Shown here one piece after another: positions 38,501 through 47,500 of a stretch of 64,000 nt of DNA (position 1 is its first letter; every line of letters starts with the position of its first letter). This DNA is from an uncultured Clostridia bacterium (lineage in GTDB: Bacteria; Bacillota; Clostridia; Christensenellales; UBA3700). The notes below the pieces were generated by a model that was given only the letters and a program-made list of their open reading frames with translations, did not search any database and was not told the DNA's origin. Made by a program: the position numbers and the translations under genes. The DNA lies in the NCBI GenBank assembly GCA_944381275.1, contig CALWKO010000001.1:25342-89341 (forward strand), read 5' to 3'.

Positions 38501-41500
38501 TGAAGGATACCATCGCCACGATGTCGTTTTCCGTAACGCCGATGAACATCGCTTCGTTTTCGGAAAGACTCGTCCAATTGCCCTGATCGTCCTTTTCCGC
38601 CAGGTTGACGGTGGTCACATCGCCTTCGCCCTGCTCGCCGCTTTCACCGCCGGTCTCCGTCTTGCCGTGGTCGCCGTAGATCACGGATTCCGTGTTGTCG
38701 AGCGCCTTGCCGAGCACGTAGTCCACAAATGTGGCTATATCGAAGTTGGCGGTATGGTACTTGGGCATCGTGATGCCGAGCAAAGTTATATCGGAAAGGT
38801 CGACATACAGGTTGGTGCCGTCGATTATCACGGTGAGGAAGTTGGTGCCCGCTTCGAAGAGCACTTTATCCTGACCATCTTCACCTATGCCCATAACCAT
38901 ATTCTCGTTGAAGGAGAGCTTGAGCTCGCCGAGCGAGTTTGCGGGTTTTTTCGCATCCAAGGCAAGGCGGAGGGAGAGGGTCAGACCCAACTTCATGCCG
39001 CCTTCCGCGGTGGTGTTTGTTTCGTCCTTATAGAGCGGCTCGAAGATGAGGTCGAGTCCGTTTGCATCGGTAAGTCCGCCCTGCACCAAGCCGAAGCTGT
39101 TGAGCAGGTCGCCTATGCCGAACACGCCGCCCGGCAGAGAGATGTCCACATTCAAATCGAGCGAGAGGTTGCCCAGCAGACCCATAAGGCTATCCGCAAG
39201 GGTTGCGCCGTTGGAAAGGTCGAGTTCGGTGGCGGGCTCTTCTTTAACATCTTCTATCTTTCCGATTATATCCGTAGCGCGGCTGATATCCAGCACAGCG
39301 GCGAGCGTGTAGACGTTGGTAGGATCGGTCGTTACTTCCTCTCCGTCTGCAAACGCCGCATCGCCCACCTTCACGTTGAGGTTGAGTTTGCCGTCCACAA
39401 GCAGCAGGCTGCCGTCCGCTTCCACAAAGTCGATGGCGGTGCCGAAGAGCTCACTCGTGAGAGCTTTGAGCAAAGCGGTATGCGCGTTGAGCGCAACGCC
39501 CAAGTTCTGCAAGCTGACCATTTGAATGAGATAGCTCACCAGCGTGCCCACGGGCATTTCGTTCACGGTAAGTGAAGGAGCCGTGCTCACTTGTTCCACG
39601 TCGCCGCCCTGCTGAATGGGCGTATAGCTGAGGGTGAGCAGCTCGTTCAAGTCGAGGTTGATGTTGCCGAGCAGTTTATTCAGCTCCGTTTCGAACAGAT
39701 CCATTATTGCGGAGTTAGTAACTTTGAGCACTCCGCCGCCCAGCGCGCCGTTCCTGATCGCCCTGAGATCCAAGTATATCTCGCCGCCGGTGACGTATAT
39801 GCCGATGGCAGTTTCCCAACTTGCTTCGGTGATACCGTCGCCGGAAGCCATCTCGATGCCGATATAGGCGTTGATGGCGGAAAGATCGCTGCTGTCGCCG
39901 TCGAGGGTGAGGTTGAGCCTGTACTTAACGCCAGCGGAAGTATCCAAATTGAAGGCGAGGTCGGGATCGATGCCCTCCTCCATATCCAGCAATTTGAGGA
40001 TGCCGTTGAGCGCGTAGTTGATGTCGAAGGTATCGCCGTTGCTGCTTGCGCCCAGCTCCAAGGTGAGGCGGCTGGAGAGCACGCTGTTGATCACTTCGCC
40101 GATGAGGTCGCCCGATTTATCGGCAAACCTATCCGCCACGGTATCATTTTCGCCCGTGCCGTTCACATATGCGAGCAAGGCATTGCGCAGGTCGGTATCG
40201 TCCCCTTCCGTACGCTCCTTGAACGCCGCGGCAAGGGTGAGGCTTGCTTCCAAGTTCACGCCTTCGGGATCGGGAGTGGTGTCGTATTCCGTGTTATTCA
40301 ATTGCAGCTGAAGCTGACCCGCGCCGTCCGTTGCGGTGGTGAGGACTATCTCCCAAGGCAGGTCGAGTGCGGTGAGGTCGATGATGGACGTATCCTTCAA
40401 GATTTGAGTGATGGCGGAGAGAGCCACGCTCAAAGTGAGGTCGCTGCCCAGCTCGAGCTTGGCATTTTCCGTTTGAGTGCCGTTTGCCAAAGCCATGACG
40501 GCGGCAAGGCTTTGCGTTTGGGTGAGATCATCCAAACCGCCGAGCATGTCGTCTATGCCGCCCTGTATTATATCGGCGACTTCGGCGATATAATCCATCA
40601 CCTCGAAGGTGCCCACCTTGAGTACGGGCAGCTGAATATCCAGCAGTTTAAGCTGCGAAAGGTCGATATACAGGCTGCCGCCGTATATGGTGAGGTATAT
40701 GCCTTCGCGCTCATTAAGCATAGGAGTGTTGTCCGTCGCGCTTCCCAGCACGAGAGGTTTGTTGGCGATGATGCCCACGACGATGGTGCTGTTTTTCGTG
40801 TCTATGACTTTGCTTCCCTCTTCGCCCGTAAGTTTGATGTCGGAAGCGAGCGCAAGGCTGAGGTCGATGGAGGTGGGATCTATCGTCCAATTCACGCCGT
40901 TAGCCTTTATCGCTTCAAGCGCGTTGATCACGTTTTGATTATCCAAAACGAGTACGCTATCGAGGATGGGTCCGAGCAGCGCCCACAGGTTGGTGGTAGG
41001 CGTTTCATCCGTAGCCGTTTTATCGGCGGTGGTGACTTTGAGGTTGAGGCTTGCGCTCAGGGAGTTGAGCAGATTAGCCACGCTCACGTCCATATTGCCG
41101 AGGTCGAGCTCGACCGCGGTCAAGCTGCTTATACGCTTGGCAAGTTCTTCTGCCGCAGCAGCGGGCGTTGCGGATATGCCGAGTCCGAGGGTGAGGGTGA
41201 GCTTGCCGCTATCACCGCTTCCGGCAGAGCTGTCATAAACGGTGGCGACTATCTCCGCCTTGCCCGCGAAGATGTCGAGGTAGCCGCCGGCGCTCGCGTT
41301 GAGGCTCATGGACACCGCGTCCACCAAGGAGAGCAGTTCGTTGATTATGTTTCTTGTAACGTCAAGTTTGATGTTGGCGTTTTCCACGCTCACCAGGGTG
41401 ATGAGCGCCTTGATGACGTTGGCGGTTTCTTCCGATACTCCGGTAGAGGTATCGCCCGCAGCGGTATCGCCTTCCGCAAGGGATTGAGGCACGGGCTGAC

Positions 41501-44500
41501 CGTAAGGATAGGTGCCGCCCGCCGCTATCATATCCAAAATGCCGGCAAGGTCGATATCGATGCCGTCGATGAGTCCGCCCAGGTAGGAGGTGAGCTTCTT
41601 TATTATGTCGCTTGCGTCCACCTGCACGGCGCCCATGCCTATACCCGAAAGATCCAGCCACAGCTTGCCGCCTTGCACATAAATGCCGAGCAAGGTGATG
41701 GTCTTATCCGTGGTCACATAATTCAGCTTGAGGCTGATCATGTTCAAATCCACGTTCGCGCCGTTCATAGCGCCGTCGAGGGCGAGCACGAGGTCGATGC
41801 TGACGGGTGCTTTGTTTTGTTCGGCAACCAGATCAAGGGTGGTATCGCCGAAGTTGATCAAGCCGCCCACGAGCTGTTTTGCCACGCCCAGCAGGTCGAA
41901 GCCCTGCTCTGCCGCCGCGTCCGCGGTGATGCTGAGGGTGACGGTGGAGGTGAGCACTTCGTCCAAAATGCCGGCTATCAGCTTGGTGGGATAGTCATTT
42001 TCATCCGCGCTCTGCTCATTGTCGTACTCGTCGATGTAATCGGCGATGTATTCGGCGATGGTCTGTTCGCCTATCTTGCCGCCCAAGCCAATGCCTGCGT
42101 CGAGCGAGAGTTTCACTTGCTTGCCGCCCAGCGTGCCGTCCGCTACTACCCAAATGGATTTTTCGTCGGAAGCAGTATCCTGTTCGCCCAAGCCCACGGT
42201 CACGTCAAAGTCCATAGAGGAAATGCTCGAGGGGATATCCGCCACCAGCGAGAGCAGGCTGAATATGGTCTGCGAGGTGATGACGAGCTGCAGCTTGGAA
42301 GAATCTATCGTCAGATAGTTGTCGTAAGTAAGCCCGGTCGTTGCCAAAGACTGCGCCGCCACCTCGGGCACGGTGAACACTATGCTCTCGCCCGACTTGG
42401 TCGCGGTGAGTTTGAGGCAGTCATATCTGTTGCCATTGGTGTCCTTTGCGTAGACGGCTATATAATCGCCCTCTGCCGCTACTACGGAATAAGTGCCCTT
42501 CGCGGTATGAGTGGTGGTAGCTTCATTATAGGTCACGGTTGCGCCGATTATTGCGGTTTCACCGCCCTTCGTGCCGTAGACAACGTCGAATTTCATATCG
42601 TCGCCGATATAGTCGAACGCTATTTCAAAGTCTACTTCTTCTTTATCCGCACGCACGGTCACGTAGCTCTTATCGGGCAGATAAAGCATACCGTTGCCGT
42701 CGTTATACATATTCGCAACGGTGCGTTCAAGCTGCACGAGGTAGCCTTCCACAAACTCGCCCATTTTGAAGTTGTCCACTTTATATACGGGGAGCGTTAT
42801 TCCCAGAATGGTTATCGCGCTCAAATCCACGACCAGCGTGTTTTTGCTGACCGCTATGGTTATCGCCGCGCCCTTCTTTATCACAAAGCCGTTGCCTGCA
42901 ACAACTCCGTCCTCGCCCGTACCGCTGAGGGATACGCCGTTAGGGAAGGAGAGCTGAACCATAAAGCCGCTGTTGTTGACGTCATCTTCGTTAAGTGCGG
43001 CATATACGCCCAAGTTGAGGGCTATTTCCGTCGTGCCCGTTTCGCCCACTTTCCAGATGAATTCGTCACCCAGATATTCGGCTATGTTATCGGGCAGGAA
43101 AGGTCCGATGATTTCCGCAACGTTATAGTCGCCGCGTTCGAGGGAGATATTCAGCTCCGCTTCTACCGAAAGTCCGCCCGCGAGGATGGAAGTCACGCTT
43201 TCAACCAAGCCGGCGCCGTAGAGCAGATTTATCTCCTTGTAATCGCTGTAATCGCTCGTGCTTGTGCTGACGGCGGGTACACCCTTCGTGGGAGCAAGGG
43301 TGAGCCTGCCGGTGATGGTGTAGCCCTCGCCATCGTCTACCGAAGCGTCTTCATACACGCCGATGGAGAGGTTTGCGCTGCCTTGGAAGATGTCGAGTTC
43401 GGTGATCGCCGCATCCACAAGGGTTATCGTAGCGCCGCCCGTGAGGGAGGCGATGAGTTCGGAGAGAATGTCGCGCGTAACGTTGAGGGAGATGAGGTTG
43501 CCCTTGATCGAAAGCGCGGAGAGCAGCGTGGTGACGGTATCCATTATTCCGCCGGAAGCGGAGGATGATACGCTGCCCGTGGCGATAAGTTCGCCGTTTT
43601 GATCGTATGCTTCCACCGTCAAGGTGTAGTTGGCGTACTGAGCGCCCCACATGATGTTGGAATATCTCGTGCCGCCGTCTGCCACGGAGGAAGTCCACAG
43701 CTGAGCGCCCGCGGAGTCGGTCATGGTCACATCATAGCGGGAAGCGCCGTCGACAGACATCCAAGTGAGGGTGTAGGTGGATTCGCTCAAGGACATCTCT
43801 ATGCCCGCAACGGTCACCGCGCCCTGCTGAGGCACGATATTCGTGTATACGTCAACGCCGTTCACGCGAATGGTGTAAGGACCCGTCTTATCCGTGAGGT
43901 CCACCACCGCGGTGTAGGTGAAGGTGGAAGCGTCGTAAGTCGCGCCCGCAAGGTCAGACACCGCATTGCCGCCGGCATCCACCAGCTGATAGGTTTCCGC
44001 CGCGCCGAACGGGTTGCTCGCCTGCCAAGTGAAGGTAACGGCGTCTATCGTTTGATAGCCCGCACTTGCTGGAGCCGCCTGATATGCGTCGGGAGCTGCC
44101 AAAGCGTCGAAGAGCACCTGCTCGGTGACTGCGCTCTGCCCCTGCACCTGTGCGAGTTTGGTATATACTTGGATGAAGTATTCGCTTGCGGCATCCACCT
44201 GAGCGGTGTATATGCCGGTGGTTTCGTTAAAGGTAAAGCCGGTGGCTTGCTCCGCGCCCGTATCGAACAGGAGGAGGGTGTCGTCGGCGCTGTTTCCGCT
44301 ATATACCTTATAATATACGCTCGAAGCCGCGCCGTACTTGTTCCACATGAGCATTACGTCTTCGCCCACGGTGTAAGCCTTAAAGGCGATGTTGCCGGAG
44401 AAGTCCACCAAGCCGCCGAGCAGGCTGCCCAGGGAGAGATCTTCCGACAAGGTGGCGAGCAGATCTGTGAGCATGGTGTAAAGCCCGGAATCGGTCACCA

Positions 44501-47500
44501 CATACTTGCCCAAGCCGAAGTAGCCGAGGTTGATATACAAATCGTCCTGCTCGTTGAGCAATATCTCCGCAACCGCTTCGCCTGCGTAGTTGATGCCCAG
44601 TTTGATTATCTGCTGAGTTCCCTGCTTGTAAAGTTCGATTGCAAGGGCGATGATCGCTTCGTCCGTGACAATGCCCAAGTCGATGGATTCGAGCAGCGTC
44701 TTGATGTTCTCGTCCACGTTGGGGATAAGCCCTATCACCTCGCCTATCAGGTTGGCTATGCCGGTATCCGCATTGGGGAGAGTGACGGAAAGGGTGAGAG
44801 TGCTGTTAAAGAGCTGGTCGAGCAAGCCGTTGAGCAGGGCGTCGTCGGCGTCCTCCCAATCCGCCTGCGCGAGCGCGTCAGTGATCGTGGAGTCGATATG
44901 CGTCTTTACGCCGCCGCCTATCTGCCATTTATCGGCAAGGTCGAGGGTAAGGGTGGCGTTGAGCCCGGATGGGCCGCCCTCTTCGGGTGTGAGCAAGTCG
45001 CCCGTCACCTGAGCGGTGAGCGCGCCGTCTTCCAACTTGATGTCGATGAGCGCTTCCCCTTGCAGGAACTGACTTGCGTCGAAGTCGATGTTCAAGCCGA
45101 GGGAAGAGAGCAAGCTGAGCACGCCCGTGAGGGTCGCCGTGGCTTGCAGCAGATTATTGTTGACCGTTAAATTAATCAGATCATTATTATTAACGCGCGT
45201 GGAGCTGCGTATGACATTGCCGTTGCCCGCAAGCGCAGCCGCAGCCGCCTGCTCTGCAGGGGTGAGGCTTGCTATAACGCCGCTGAGATCGATGGCAAGG
45301 TCGCTGTCCGGAATCATCGCAAGCAGCGAGCCGATGAGCGCGGCCATGTCGAATTTTTCCGGCGTTATCTTGTAAACGGGCAGATCGATGCCCAATATCG
45401 TGAGCCCGGAAGCGTCGAGGATCACTTCGTTATCCTGCAAATACACGCCGAGGATAACGCCCTCATCTATTATGTTGCCCGTGTTGCCGAGCGAGAACGC
45501 ATTGTTGGCGTACAGTTGCAGATACATGGCGGAATTTGCATAATTCGTTTCATCTATGTAAAGTCCCGCGTTGAGGGAGAGATCGAGCTTTGCGTCCTTC
45601 TCCACTTCTATCTTCAAATCGCCCAAATCGAGTCCGAATACGGACAGCAGGTCGCCCAAATTGTAAGTGCCTTCGTTGAACTTGACGCCCAAACCTATGC
45701 TGCCCTTCAAGCCGCTTGAGAGGGTGCTCACCACCAAGTCGTTGAGGTTGGAGGTGTATTGCGATTTGTCACCGAGCACTTTGTTCACATATTCGGCAAA
45801 AGAGGTATCGCCCTTTTCTATCGGTTTGAGAAGCTCGAGAGTGTCGAACTTGATATCCAGGTTGAGGCCCTTAAGGGCAAGACCCACGGAGATGTCCCTG
45901 AGTCCGTCGCTGCCCGACTTGAAGGAGATGGTGCCCGTGCCGAAGTCGGGAATTTGAATGGCGGAAGTGTCCACGCCGAAGCCGCTTATCGCGGTGAGAA
46001 CGCTGTCGATAAGCGCCTTATCTATGGTGATGTCAAGGCTGTCGTAATCTTCACCCTGAGTGATGTTCACCCAATTTGAAGCGCCCTCTATTTTTAGCAC
46101 TTGGAAAATGGTGATAATCAAGTTGCCCCAATCTTGCGAGATATATACGTTGCCGTCCTGCGCAAGCGAGAGCCCTACCACTGCGCCTTCCGCTTTGGTA
46201 AGATCGGTTTCGCCCGTTATCATGCCGTGGTCGGTGCCGAAGAAGCCGTCGATGGCGTCAACCGCCACGTCCTTGATTGCGGTGATGAGGGAAGGCAGGT
46301 CGAAGGGAATGGCAAAGCCCTTGCCGTTCCACACGTTGGCGGAACCGGTGAGCCCGCCTACTATCTGCCCTATATTTACATATAAATAACCTTCTTTATA
46401 ATATATGCCCGCGATAACTTCATCATTGTTTTTCGTGTCCTTGATTTCGATGGCTATCACGCTTTCGTCCTTGACGTTACCTTCGCTCTCCCCTTTGGAA
46501 TAAGGCTTTTGAGCGATGTCCAGGTCGATGGCAAGGTCGAGCCTGTAAGCCAAATCCGCGTCCAGCATGAGCACGCCTTCCGGCAAAGTGCCGGGCACAA
46601 AGGTGTTGATGAGCGCGGCGATGTCAACTTGACCGCCTGCCGCGTCCAGCGTGTCGAGCGTTACGCCCGCGGAGAGCTGAATGTGACCCAAACTGTATGT
46701 GTTGTCATAAATCTGCACCTTGGAAGGAATGAGAGAGAGGGTATCTTCGTTCCTGTCCGTGCAGGTGATGGTGCCGCCGTCGATTTCGTACAATACTTCA
46801 CCCGTTTCGTGATTGGTGAAAGAAGAGCCCAAAGAGAGCAAGTTGCCGGAGCTGTCCTTAACGGCGCTGAGCACAAAAGTGCTATCGGGAATAACATCGC
46901 CCAAATATGAGAACAGGGGATTGAGGTCTATGCCGAAGCCTCCCACCAGGGCGCTGAGCAAATCGCTTAACGTAAGCAGCGCGGTGGGATTGAAGGAAAG
47001 CGTGTATACGTTGTTTCCGTTTCCGTCAACGGTGATTTCACCGGTCGCTTGCAGGGCGGTGCTGAATATAACGTCAAAAATGTCGATGGAAAGACCGCCG
47101 AGCAGACCGCTGATCGCATCGGGGAGGGCTGTGGGCAATTTTTCTACCAGGGCAAGAAGGTAGTCGGAATTAAAGTCCTCCAATAAGAAGACGGAGCCCG
47201 TTTCGTCGTCGGGATTCGTATCGATGTAAAGTCCGCCGGGTACGCCGTATTCGTCCGTTATGTAAATGCCGGCAACGCCCTTGTTTTCCGTTTCGTTACG
47301 AATGACAAGACCAAGGTCGTAGTCATACTCGCCTTGGTTGATGATGCCCCTCTTCACATTTGAAGCGTACTGAATGGAATACTCGATCGTGCCGCCGTCG
47401 CCGTCGGGTACCGTAAGCGTGGTGGAATATTCGCTGTGCAGATTGTCACCGTTCGTCAGCCCGGCGATTATCTCCCGGAATATGTCCGTCCCGGTGATAC

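Noticed and set aside
39591-43568. A 1,325-aa plus-strand ORF. Similar long plus-strand ORFs lie at 28113-30125, 30567-32246, 34878-36356, 37872-39575 and 43599-45170, all opposite the 7,113-aa gene.
   Set aside because: Their translations are R/G/H/V/A-rich and low in information, with no motifs, RBS or signal sequences. The minus-strand frame is one uninterrupted 21-kb ORF with coherent domain and repeat content. Long antisense ORFs are an expected by-product of the codon usage of a GC-rich, Thr/Val/Asp/Gly-rich gene.
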